From IMG/VR virus record IMGVR_UViG_3300029859_000151: a stretch of DNA of 64,000 bases, one strand, 5' to 3'. This document shows positions 41,845 through 51,626 of the stretch, in pieces. The translations under genes were made by a program, and so were the position numbers. Each line of letters begins with the position of its first letter. The first letter of the stretch is position 1. Origin of the DNA: a virus. Lineage: Duplodnaviria > Heunggongvirae > Uroviricota > Caudoviricetes. Below the pieces are notes generated by a model that was not told where the DNA came from, did no database searches, and saw only the letters and a list, made by a program, of their open reading frames with translations.

Positions 41845-43553
41845 GTGATGAGAATAGAAATCAGCTATACATTATGTACTGATGGAGACTATAGCTTAAG
41901 GAATGCTGAAGATCTTGGTTGTACTAATAGAGATAATTATTTTGAATATTATGATTATGTTGGTTCTATGGAATTTAAATATGAAGAAGAGTGGCGTTGT
42001 AAAAGCGAAGCAAAAAGTTTTCTTTGGAAATTTTTATGTGATGGAATTCATGTATCTTATACACATCCTTGGCTACTTAAAGATTTTTATGACATTATGG
42101 AATCTCTAGAGGATGTTATTAATGAATATCAAGAGGGAATATCTGTAGTCCAAAGGCATATAACAGGCAACTATGAGGGAACAGAAATTAAAATAGAAAT
42201 ATCGAAGTAAAATTTTCTTTAGATTGTGAGGCGAAGATAAATGGACAAAACAAAAATTAAAACAAAAGAGGTGTGGTCAGCTAATAAGTGGTATCTGTTT
42301 TTTGGAATTTTATTTGTGATTATGTTTATCTTATTGGAGATATATGCAATAAGGCAATTCTTTGTGACAGATACAGCAGAAGCATTAGTGTTGCTCTTTA
42401 TTTTACAACTGCCAGCTATGTTTTGTTTATTATTAACAACGATGATTGGAGATTATATTCATAGAGAAAAATTCAATATCTATTACTGTAAATTAGAAAA
42501 TGGTATTGATATTGATTATATCAAAGAAAATTATTGTATAGAAGATATAAATGAGAGTTGCGTATTGTTTGTAGATAAAGACAACGATCATAATTTTTAT
42601 GTTTGGAAATTAATACAAGGATATGATTCATTATATCAAGCAGAAATTAAAATGTTTTTATAACATGAATATTCGCTTTTTTGGATTGTGAGGTGAAAGA
42701 ATGGATAATATTGATGAAATGAAAAAAGAAGTGTATTTTGCAAATACAGTAATTGGTGCAATTGATAATGTCAAAACCCCAATGCTTATGTATGAGGAAG
42801 AAAAGCAAGTAGTAAGAAAAGCACTTAAAATGTACATTGATAAAATTGAAGATAAAATGTGTGGGAATTAAATCACAGTAAAATTCAATTCCTTTGGATT
42901 GTGAGGTGAATATAAATGGCATGTGATTATTGTACGTACCGTTATTCTTATGATTGTGATGATGGTTGGAATCGCCATAAAAATTGTAAAAGTTTTAAGT
43001 TAGATTGGGATAGTTTATCTGAGAAAGATAAGAAAACCATTCAGAAAATTTTGGATAGAAGAGGAGACTAAGTTATGGAACAGATTCAGGAAAATGAACA
43101 GTGGAAATTGAATGGTAACTGTGAAAAATGTAGAAGAAATAATTATTGTTCAACGCCATGTACTCATCATAATAGACGAATAAGAGCAGAGTTTAAAGGT
43201 CTTGTTGCAGATACAATGAATAAAATGACAGGTGGAGTGATGAGAGAAACCATTGATAAGACGGTAAATGGAATTTGGTAAATTGGAAAGGAGATTTATA
43301 TGGTTACAAAGACAAGGGTGTGATGGATTAATAGAAAGTAAAGGAGATTGCTATGAATAGAAATTTGGATGGATGCTATTTTAGAGTTAAAAGAGATGGT
43401 AAATGGGATAATATTTGCTGGTCTGATATGACAGATAAAGAAAGAGACGAGCAAATGACCAATCGTAGTGAGGAATGGTTAAAGTCGCTGTGTAAGGGAC
43501 TTGGTAATGTTATTCATAAGATTGGTGAAGATTTAGACATTGCATGTGAATAA
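41845..43553 (+). other. Six small hypothetical CDS (41845-42210, 42241-42663 two-TM, 42701-42871, 42916-43071, 43075-43281, 43353-43553)
   Basis: RBS present; 42701 and 42916 ORFs read manually (below ORF-track cutoff). Confidence 0.6.
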
Positions 43554-43613
43554 AAGTAAATTCAGGTTTCTTTTGGTTACAAAGAGAGAATATTAAAACG
43601 AGGTGAACGATTA

Positions 43614-44240
43614 ATGTCTTTAGTATATAAAAATGACACATACAGCTATAATGGCAAATATGAAATGGGTTCATTAAATAAATTTGCACAAGCAGAAAGA
43701 AGATTGTCAGCAAAGAAACAAGCATTGGATGACATGAAAAATGAATATGACCTTATTGAACAACAGGCATTTCGCACTTATAAAGAGAACATTCAGTATA
43801 TGCTGCTCGATCAGCCGTCTACGATTAAAATGTGTAGAGAATGGTTAAATATGTTATCAAAGAATCAGGATACAGATGGTAACAAGCTTGATAAGAGAAA
43901 GAAGTATAAAGAAAAGGAAATGTATGATTGGTATATTGATTATATTAAAAAGCTTCTTGATGTTGAGTACATGAATGATGTTAAATTCATTGACTATAAT
44001 TTTGGTCAAGCTACTAATATTCAGTTTGAATATAAAGAGCATAATTGGTGTTTAGAAATTCCTCATATTGAAGCTATCAAATTAGATGCATATAAGGATT
44101 ATGGCGGCAGTGTATTTAAACTTGTGTTAGTACACAATGATATAGAACGTAGTTGTATTTGGTCGCAGTTTGGCTCTACATATGAGGAAGATGAATTAAG
44201 AGATATTATGGCACAAGGTATTGAGAAATATTGTAATTAG
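43614..44240 (+). CDS. Hypothetical protein
   Basis: GAGGTG RBS. Confidence 0.65.
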   Translation: MSLVYKNDTYSYNGKYEMGSLNKFAQAERRLSAKKQALDDMKNEYDLIEQQAFRTYKENIQYMLLDQPSTIKMCREWLNMLSKNQDTDGNKLDKRKKYKEKEMYDWYIDYIKKLLDVEYMNDVKFIDYNFGQATNIQFEYKEHNWCLEIPHIEAIKLDAYKDYGGSVFKLVLVHNDIERSCIWSQFGSTYEEDELRDIMAQGIEKYCN

Positions 44241-44290
44241 TTATTTCATAGGAAAGCAACATTTCACAACTTTAGAAAGGACAAGCACAA

Positions 44291-44770
44291 ATGAATTTGA
44301 AAAAGATTAGAAGTGAAGATTTGATTTTTAGCAATGAAATTGAAGATGATAGAACCAATACATACCTCACACTGAATGATTATGATTGGATGAATTATAA
44401 TCTGTCTACTCGTTTTAAGACAGAAGAAATGGGAGTATTGGAGGTTGAATTTGAATTTTTTGGTTTTTCTACTTCGCAGATGAATGTAAAACAGACATTA
44501 AACGGCAAGGTATATGAAATTACATATGAATATCCAACAGATATTTTCAGTAAGAATTTGATTAAGTTCTTAGAAAAACATATCAGCTACTGGAACGAAA
44601 AATACGCATTTAATGGCGAAGAAGAAGTTATAGATTTCTTTAATGAAGTTCTTGATAAAGGGACTGTCAAAGATATTACTGAAATTAATAAAGACGATAA
44701 CAGACCACAATGCTGCATAGACCATGATAAATATTTTTCAACATGTGACACTTGTGAGTTTGGAGAATAA
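44291..44770 (+). CDS. Hypothetical protein with Cys-rich C-terminal tail
   Basis: AAAGGA RBS; RPQCCIDHDKYFSTCDTCEFGE. Confidence 0.65.
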   Translation: MNLKKIRSEDLIFSNEIEDDRTNTYLTLNDYDWMNYNLSTRFKTEEMGVLEVEFEFFGFSTSQMNVKQTLNGKVYEITYEYPTDIFSKNLIKFLEKHISYWNEKYAFNGEEEVIDFFNEVLDKGTVKDITEINKDDNRPQCCIDHDKYFSTCDTCEFGE

Positions 44771-44788
44771 TATATTGGAGGTGAAATT

Positions 44789-45107
44789 ATGTATCAGAAT
44801 TGTTGTAAGAAATGCGGAAGTATTTCACTACATACAGAAGTAAAAGGTAATAATACAGGACTTTATTGTGATGATTACAGCAGTTGCAGAAGCATATCCT
44901 GAGCTGAAGTCCAATGAGAACTATAAGACTCTTATGAATGAGTTATCTATGACAGAGAATATGATTGCAGAGTATCGCAGCAATTACAATAAACAGATCA
45001 AGGAATACAAGCGATATGTGAGAAAGTTCCCTACAAGACAGTTTCTTGGATTACTTGGATATGAAGTACAGGAATACTACTATTTGGATAACAGGTGGTT
45101 AGATTAG
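44789..45107 (+). pseudogene. Truncated Zn-ribbon gene joined out of frame to LemA-family 3' fragment
   Basis: MYQNCCKKCGS...GLYCDD then AVAEAYPELKSNENY...TEN.IA..R.NYN...Y...VRKFP (LemA core) with no own start/TM. Confidence 0.7.
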
Positions 45108-45143
45108 CAAGAAATTTTTCTTTCTTTTGAATAGATTGGAGAT

Positions 45144-45428
45144 GTGAATATGTATCGAGAATTAAAAGGTAATGGAAATTTTTCAGATAAATACACAACA
45201 TGGATTATAGCATATTGTTTAGATACGGATTCATTTTTTGTAACGAATCAAAGATATTTCTTTTGGGAATATAATGATGAATTCCAATGCGAAAACGATG
45301 CAATTAATTATTTCAGAAACCATTTAAAGGAGTTTAGAAATGCTAGGAAAGAAATATTAAGTAATTGTGGTGGATGGAGTATTGATAAGGATTTATTTTT
45401 AGAAAATACGAAAGAAAGGTTTTGGTAA
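45144..45428 (+). CDS. Small hypothetical protein
   Basis: GGAG RBS after junction site. Confidence 0.55.
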   Translation: MNMYRELKGNGNFSDKYTTWIIAYCLDTDSFFVTNQRYFFWEYNDEFQCENDAINYFRNHLKEFRNARKEILSNCGGWSIDKDLFLENTKERFW

Positions 45429-45636
45429 TTGATATAAATATTACAGAAATTGATACAAATAAACTGGCTCACGCAATGTGAGATGTGTAAGACGAAAAAT
45501 GCTCAGAGTTTTATGCTCTGGGTATTTTTTTGTGCTTTTAAATATTTTAATAATATTGCTTATGTCAAATGAAATATTTTGTATTTCTGACATATTAAAT
45601 ATGAATTTTAAAATAAAAAGAATAAAGGAGAAAAAC

Positions 45637-46368
45637 ATGGAACATTTAACACGTAGAGAAGAAGTAGATTTATATGAAACAATGAGGAGATCATTTCCTA
45701 AAATTCTTATCAAGGATCTCGCAGAACATGAAAGAATTTGTCCTGTATGCAATGGCCTTGGAATGAGGATTGAAGATAATATATATGGAATTAAAGGCGA
45801 TACTTCAGAAGTTGGTAGAAAATATCTTTTTCCATACAAACATCAAGCACTTTCATTTTGTCAGAGTTGTTATAACGGAGTGCAGCAATTGTGTCCTTAT
45901 TGTGGACAGCCTTATAAGAATCAGGCGTATATGCATTGCGATTGTGAAGGTCAGAAAAAAGCAGATGAAGAAGAAAAATTAAAGAAGTGGAACGAGAAAG
46001 TAACTAAAGCAGTATCGATTGATGAAAAAGATGTAAATACAATGCTGTACTGCGAAGAGTTTGATGAGTATTACGACACAGTTGATGATTTCTTTGAAGA
46101 TTATGCTGCCAATTATGAAGACGAAGAAGTATATAACAAACCAGAAAGATTGTGGGTGACGTCTGTTGAAAAGATCTCTATTGATGCATATAGCATCATC
46201 GAAAATGCCTGTGAAGGGTTACATGAAGATGCAATGGAAAACATTGACGAAAAGGATATAGCGGAATTAGAAGAATTCCTTGATAATTGGTGTAAAAAAC
46301 AAACAGGAACAACTACATATTACCCTTGTTATAAACAGTATGTAGTGATTGATTGGAACAGATATTAG
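45637..46368 (+). CDS. Zn-finger protein (DnaJ-type CxxCxGxG-like motifs)
   Basis: CPVCNGLG, CQSCYNG, CPYCG; AAGGAG RBS. Confidence 0.65.
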   Translation: MEHLTRREEVDLYETMRRSFPKILIKDLAEHERICPVCNGLGMRIEDNIYGIKGDTSEVGRKYLFPYKHQALSFCQSCYNGVQQLCPYCGQPYKNQAYMHCDCEGQKKADEEEKLKKWNEKVTKAVSIDEKDVNTMLYCEEFDEYYDTVDDFFEDYAANYEDEEVYNKPERLWVTSVEKISIDAYSIIENACEGLHEDAMENIDEKDIAELEEFLDNWCKKQTGTTTYYPCYKQYVVIDWNRY

Positions 46369-46378
46369 GAGGATAAAA

Positions 46379-46699
46379 ATGAATAGAATAACAATTAATG
46401 GAAAAACAATCACTTGTTCAGGAAATAGTGTTGTTATTAATGGCGATAATATTATTGTAGATGGAAAGATCATTCAGAATTGTACCGGCGATATTAGAGT
46501 GGTTATTGATGGCAATGTAGATAAAATTGAGTGTGCCGGTTCAGTAGAAGTACATGGCGACGCTGGCAATATTGATTGTGGCGGCAGTTGTGAAATTGCT
46601 GGAGCTGTCAATGGTGATGTTGACGCTGGCGGTTCAGTTACTTGCGGAAATGTAACTGGAGATATTGATGCTGGCGGTAGTGTGAGATGCAGAAGATAG
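46379..46699 (+). CDS. Gly-rich beta-repeat (beta-helix-like) protein
   Basis: Repeated GDVDAGGSVxC units. Confidence 0.6.
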   Translation: MNRITINGKTITCSGNSVVINGDNIIVDGKIIQNCTGDIRVVIDGNVDKIECAGSVEVHGDAGNIDCGGSCEIAGAVNGDVDAGGSVTCGNVTGDIDAGGSVRCRR

Positions 46700-46710
46700 G
46701 AGATTGAAAA

Positions 46711-47262
46711 ATGTCAAACTTGTATGTATATTTAATGCGTTCTCGTAACAAAGATAATAAGGATATTCCGAATTTCAAAGAACGAATCAAGGAAATCCTT
46801 GAGTACAGAGAAAATGAAGATAAAGTAATTGAAGCTTTTAAAGATTTCGCAGCTAAAGGAGTTCCTGGCGAGCAGATGAGATTGTATAGGTCAGTCAACT
46901 CAAGAAATGAAGAGAAAATCAGAGAAGAATTTATTATCCGCTTGTTGAGAGATAAGCCAAGTATGACACAGCTCAATCGTACACTTGCTTCAGTTGCACT
47001 GAAAATCCAAAACCGTGACGAAAGTAAATGGCTGTTTGATTTCGACGTGGATGATGATAAATTGGCAGAAGATTTTATTGACGATATTTATTTTTGTTCA
47101 GAATTGGATAATCATGAATTGCATAAGACTCCTCATGGTTATGCAATCATTGTTCCGCATGGTTTCGACACAAGAGAACTTATGGAAAAATGGAAAGATT
47201 ATGATATCACATTGAAGAAAGACGATTTGTTGTTTTTGGATATGATAGCGAATGGAGAGTGA
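46711..47262 (+). CDS. Phage-type protein, possible AEP/primase-like fold
   Basis: WLFDFD and HKTPHGYAII resemble AEP motifs I/II. Confidence 0.4.
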   Translation: MSNLYVYLMRSRNKDNKDIPNFKERIKEILEYRENEDKVIEAFKDFAAKGVPGEQMRLYRSVNSRNEEKIREEFIIRLLRDKPSMTQLNRTLASVALKIQNRDESKWLFDFDVDDDKLAEDFIDDIYFCSELDNHELHKTPHGYAIIVPHGFDTRELMEKWKDYDITLKKDDLLFLDMIANGE

Positions 47263-48005
47263 GTATGTACGAAAAATTAAGAAAATATATAGAAGAGTCA
47301 AATAATATTGTATTCTTTGGTGGAGCAGGTGTATCTACTGAAAGTGGTATTCCCGACTTCCGCTCCAAGGACGGATTATATAATCAGCATGACGTTCAGT
47401 TTGATAAATATGAGCTGGAATATCTTTTGAGTCGAGAATGCTTATATAACAATCCAAAGGTATTCTATGAGTTCTATCGGCAGAAGATGGATACAAGAAA
47501 TATTGAGCCAAATATTACTCATAAGGTACTTGCTAAGATGGAAGCAATAGGTAAGCTAAGTGCTATTGTAACACAGAATATTGATGGACTCCATCAGAAA
47601 GCTGGCAGTAAGAATGTCTTTGAGATTCATGGAACTACTCAGAGGAATTATTGTAGTAAGTGTAAAATGGAATATCATTCTGATTTCTTATTTGACACTA
47701 AAGAGACAATTCCAAAATGCGAATGTGGCGGGCTGATTAGACCTGATGTAACTTTATATGGAGAGAATTTGCCTAATAAGGCAGTGAATGGTGCTGTTGA
47801 AGCAATTAGCAAAGCTGATATGTTGATTATTGGTGGTACTTCATTACAGGTTTATCCAGCAGCGAATTATATATCATATTTTAGTGGCAATCATTTGGTT
47901 ATTATCAATAGGGAAAAAATTCAAGTGTTACTGAATGATGATATGGATCTGATGATTGTTAATTCGTTAGGTAATGTATTTAGTGAGATTGAGAAATGGA
48001 TGTGA
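47259..48005 (+). CDS. Sir2/CobB-like NAD-dependent deacylase
   Basis: GAGVSTESGIPDFRS, TQNIDGLH, IHG, CxxC...CxC, RPDVTLYGE, GTSLQVYPA. Confidence 0.93.
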   Translation: MSMYEKLRKYIEESNNIVFFGGAGVSTESGIPDFRSKDGLYNQHDVQFDKYELEYLLSRECLYNNPKVFYEFYRQKMDTRNIEPNITHKVLAKMEAIGKLSAIVTQNIDGLHQKAGSKNVFEIHGTTQRNYCSKCKMEYHSDFLFDTKETIPKCECGGLIRPDVTLYGENLPNKAVNGAVEAISKADMLIIGGTSLQVYPAANYISYFSGNHLVIINREKIQVLLNDDMDLMIVNSLGNVFSEIEKWM

Positions 48006-48013
48006 GGTAAAAT

Positions 48014-48553
48014 ATGGCAGTATTTGTAACAGGCGATATACATGGAAATCCTACAAAAGATAATTTCTATGAACAGAAAGATTTCTCTGGAAATAAAGAT
48101 GAGAACATTGTAATTTTTCTTGGCGATTTTGGTCTTGTATGGAATATTGAGAAGGTGAAGTTACTCAAAGAAATATGCGATAAATCTAATGCAAAAGTTG
48201 TCATAAGCTCTTCATGGCGCGGATCAGAAAATTGCATCCCCAAAATTTATTATATTCTGCGAGACATCTTAAAAAACAACGGTATAGAAGTTATAGGGAA
48301 TACACCCCATTTAAATGCTGAATTTGATATATCTCGTTCAAAATGTAAAAATGGGACTGGTAGAGCTGCTGAAGTTAATAAATGGATTAACGAACATGAA
48401 GTAGACAGTTTTGTGATTCTTGATGACGAAGATTGGAATTGGTCCGATTATGGATATGAAAATAATTGGATTCAACCAACATGGTCTGGGAATGGCGGCT
48501 TGAAAAGAGAACATGTAGACAAAGCAATAGAAATATTAAATCAAAGAAAGTGA
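48014..48553 (+). CDS. Chimeric metallophosphoesterase N-fragment / HAD (RNA-repair-associated type) C-fragment
   Basis: TGDIHG...LGDFG then VVISSSWR...IGNTP...EVNKWI...FVILDD. Confidence 0.6.
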   Translation: MAVFVTGDIHGNPTKDNFYEQKDFSGNKDENIVIFLGDFGLVWNIEKVKLLKEICDKSNAKVVISSSWRGSENCIPKIYYILRDILKNNGIEVIGNTPHLNAEFDISRSKCKNGTGRAAEVNKWINEHEVDSFVILDDEDWNWSDYGYENNWIQPTWSGNGGLKREHVDKAIEILNQRK

Positions 48554-48566
48554 AGGAGAGAAGAAT

Positions 48567-48914
48567 ATGAAAATTTTAGAAGGACATGAAAAAGAATACA
48601 AGGATTGGTATGATAAAAATAGTGACGGTTATGGTAGAGTTTGTTTTACATATGCTGAAAGATGGGCAGAAATGTTAGAGAATGTGATCGAATCTTCTAC
48701 AGAAGATGTTATGAAAGTTATTGTTGATAATGCTGATAAGTTAAGCCATGAAGCCGACACTGAGGGCATTACAGGATATATGTATGGGCGTGCAGTGAGT
48801 ATTCTTTCACAGTATTGGAAGTATGGAGAATATCTTAGAAAGTGGCACAATAAGGAATATAACTATGATGGTGATGGTGTTGTTAATCCCGCCATTTTTG
48901 CATCTAGCATTTAA
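48567..48914 (+). CDS. Phage-type hypothetical protein
   Basis: AAGGAG RBS. Confidence 0.6.
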   Translation: MKILEGHEKEYKDWYDKNSDGYGRVCFTYAERWAEMLENVIESSTEDVMKVIVDNADKLSHEADTEGITGYMYGRAVSILSQYWKYGEYLRKWHNKEYNYDGDGVVNPAIFASSI

Positions 48915-49030
48915 AAATATGAAAAAGAAAACAAAAAGAATGGCTCCGGGACAAAAGTTCCGGGGCTTTCTTTTTATTTTTCCTTATTTTTTAGAAATCC
49001 GACATATTAGAAATGAATGAATTGTGAATA

Positions 49031-49417
49031 ATGGAGAATATGATTATGATGAAGAAAAATAAAAAAGGTGAATTATTATTACAGATTCTTATTGGAATAA
49101 TGGCTTGTATTTGGGTGGGAAGTATGATTATTGGTTGTGTACTCGCCTATACAAAAGGAGAAACCGATGTTGAAAAGGAAAATGAAAGGTTTCCTATTTC
49201 TGTTGATAGCCAGTTGGGGACTATTAAGATAGTGGAAAAAATTCAAATAGAAAATACTGGTGTATATGAATATATAGGTTATGATGTAGAAACGATGTGT
49301 ATGTATTACGTTTTTTGTCATTTTGGCAAAACGGATATTCGTATGGCTCCATATTGTGTAAAAGGCGAAGATGGAAATGCTCATCAGGCGATATTTGGCG
49401 TGGATTATAAAGAATAG
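49031..49417 (+). CDS. Membrane-anchored hypothetical protein
   Basis: N-terminal TM. Confidence 0.55.
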   Translation: MENMIMMKKNKKGELLLQILIGIMACIWVGSMIIGCVLAYTKGETDVEKENERFPISVDSQLGTIKIVEKIQIENTGVYEYIGYDVETMCMYYVFCHFGKTDIRMAPYCVKGEDGNAHQAIFGVDYKE

Positions 49418-49464
49418 TTTTTATGTGCCCAGTAAAAGCGTTAGATAAAAAAGGAGAAAATATT

Positions 49465-49659
49465 ATGACGAAATTATATAAAGTTGTCGGAATGTATGAA
49501 TTGGAAGATTGTACATTTGCTAGTTGTACAACATATGATAAAGCAAAAAAGGCTTTAAAAATAGCAGAACAAAACGGGTTTGAGGATATGGTAGAAATTG
49601 TGCAGGATGCGATTCCGGTTGATGCAATTATAATTGACGGGAAAATTATAGAATTGTAA
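49465..49659 (+). CDS. Small hypothetical protein
   Basis: AAGGAG RBS. Confidence 0.55.
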   Translation: MTKLYKVVGMYELEDCTFASCTTYDKAKKALKIAEQNGFEDMVEIVQDAIPVDAIIIDGKIIEL

Positions 49660-49708
49660 TAATAAAATTAGTGTAAAAAGACATTAAATAAAAAGGAGAA
49701 AATATTTT

Positions 49709-50356
49709 ATGAAAAAGAATATCAAGAAAATATTAATTGTCACAATTTTAACTATTGTTTGCACATTCAATATGGTAGGATGCGCTTTGTTTGAAAGCGA
49801 AGTCAATGAATTAAATGGAGAGATTTCAGGTAATACATACAATGCTTCATTTTATTCTAATGATGGCGAGAAATTCATGGATATGAGTGGGCAGAAAATC
49901 AATTTATCATCCAATATTGTAAAAGAATATTCATATAGTTCTAGTGGCTGGGGATATGTTGAGACATTATCAAGTGTTGTTACTATTACCATTGATGGAA
50001 ATGAAGTACAAAGCTGTGGCAGCACAATGATTTTTGCAGAAAATGGATTAGAACCAGAAGTTGATTTTATCAATCCAGATAAAATCGAAAGTACAACAGA
50101 TGGAAGTCTTGCAGATAATACAATTATTGCAGCAACCGTTAATCGATACAAAAATTATTTCGGAAAATCCAGAGTTGTTGTTATTCAGTCGCAGTTAGGA
50201 AATCCTATTTGTGCTTACTCTGGTGATGAGGTATATTGGAAAGTATGCGAAGATTTACCTAAAACGACAAAATTGATGATTGATGGGAAAGCGTTATATA
50301 TTCACAGAGCTAATTTCCAGATTATCGATAAAGATTTGTTAGAAACCGCTGACTAA
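49709..50356 (+). CDS. Lipoprotein, DUF5052-like
   Basis: MVGC lipobox; IQSQLGNPI...LPKTTKLMIDGKALYIHRANF. Confidence 0.65.
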   Translation: MKKNIKKILIVTILTIVCTFNMVGCALFESEVNELNGEISGNTYNASFYSNDGEKFMDMSGQKINLSSNIVKEYSYSSSGWGYVETLSSVVTITIDGNEVQSCGSTMIFAENGLEPEVDFINPDKIESTTDGSLADNTIIAATVNRYKNYFGKSRVVVIQSQLGNPICAYSGDEVYWKVCEDLPKTTKLMIDGKALYIHRANFQIIDKDLLETAD

Positions 50357-50492
50357 AAGCAATATCAAAAGATCGTAAAAAAGATTTCGGAAAATATCCG
50401 GAGTCTTTTTTGTTTGTTCATATCGATTTTTTATTTTTTTGAAGATCTGACATATTAAATATATAAAAATATAGAAACAAGGAGAACTAAAA

Positions 50493-51280
50493 ATGAAAAC
50501 TGTAAAAACAATTAAAGATTTGATCATGCATAGAGATTATGATTATGTAGATTATCGAATTCTTTTACCAGATGGATCAGATGTTTTTGCCGGATGTTTT
50601 CGGACAGCCGGTGGCAAGATTTTTCCATTGGATGGAGAATCTTATGATGAGAATGAAACAGTCGTAAAATATGAAACCTGGGAAAATAAAGAGGAAGATA
50701 TTCGAAATGGGTTAACTGTAGTTGTGACTGTAAAATAATATTATTTATTAAAAAATAAGAAAAACAGAGACGAGGAAAGGCTATAAAAATATGAAAAAAG
50801 CAAACGTTTCTATGACGGTAGTACTGAAGGATGGCGAAGAAATTGACGAGATTAAAAGATGGGAGCATCATATCGAATATGCAATGAATTTGGATGAGTA
50901 TCCTGAAATTGCCTATGTTGAAGATGTAAAAGTCACAGAGATGTGAGAAAGTTGGTGGAATTAAAATGACAATAGACTCAATGATTTGGCTGATTATAAG
51001 TTTGCTTATTGTACTTATGGCAGTAGTAATGTTCCTAAAAAATAATATAATAAAACTTATAACAGCTATAGCCATTGCAATTGCACAAACGATTTGCTGG
51101 GTTGTTGTATTTTCATGGATATTAAGAACGTTAGACAACAAGTTGAGAGAGACGCTTGCAAGTATGACAAATGGAGAGGTTGCGTGCGGAGTAGTAATAA
51201 CAGTAGTAATATATGCTGCCACTTACAGCATAGGAAATATTATTTGGAATAGATGTAAAAACCAAAAGGAGGAAAAATAG
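50493..51280 (+). other. Three small CDS (50493-50738, 50791-50946, 50966-51280 three-TM)
   Basis: RBS-preceded ORFs after motif 50446. Confidence 0.55.
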
Positions 51281-51285
51281 ATTCA

Positions 51286-51610
51286 GTCAACTACCCATCA
51301 CTAAAGTGACGGGCTTGTAAAAAAGTCCTGGTTGACTAGCCTCAGTTCTTGCATTGCATTTCCATGTGAGAACTACGTTATCCGTAAATAGGGATTTTAA
51401 TTTCTGGTGATAGTCACCTGCAGATGTCATGCCTAGTCTGTAGCTCTGAGATCAGTGATTAAACAGTTCTGAAGGGTAGGAACAGTGTTGTTGACAGGAA
51501 ACTACGGAGAACATTGGCGAAGGTATAAAATGAGCAGACTGAAAGATAACTGTTCATTCTACAGTTGTGTAGCACTGGCTTATAACACAAAGTTACACAA
51601 ACATATCACA
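51286..51610 (+). ncRNA. omegaRNA (HEARO-like) scaffold
   Basis: ~320 nt non-coding upstream of iscB with GTTGACTAGCCTCAG, ACTACGTT, TAAACAGTTCTGA, CATTGGCGAAGG blocks typical of IscB omegaRNAs. Confidence 0.8.
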
Positions 51611-51626
51611 GAAAGGAGTGTCCGAC

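Larger units (their letters stand above)
30807..45125 (+). repeat. Family of short intergenic (T/G)AAA-N6-TTT(A/C/T) junction sites
   Basis: Starts 30807, 31041, 31324, 31805, 32052, 32596, 32804, 32977, 35984, 36755, 37319, 38235, 38729, 39102, 39363, 39622, 40229, 40625, 40886, 41813, 42204, 42667, 42879, 43557, 44252, 45111; outliers 57368, 63676, 63982; some copies have 1-2 arm mismatches. Confidence 0.7.

Noticed and set aside
30626..45125. CRISPR array
   Set aside because: Repeats are separated by whole genes at irregular 150-2000 bp distances; no cas genes.
30807..45125. Classical integron attC sites
   Set aside because: No RYYYAAC...GTTRRRY long palindromes and no intI; sites are only ~15 bp, so any cassette system would be of a different kind.
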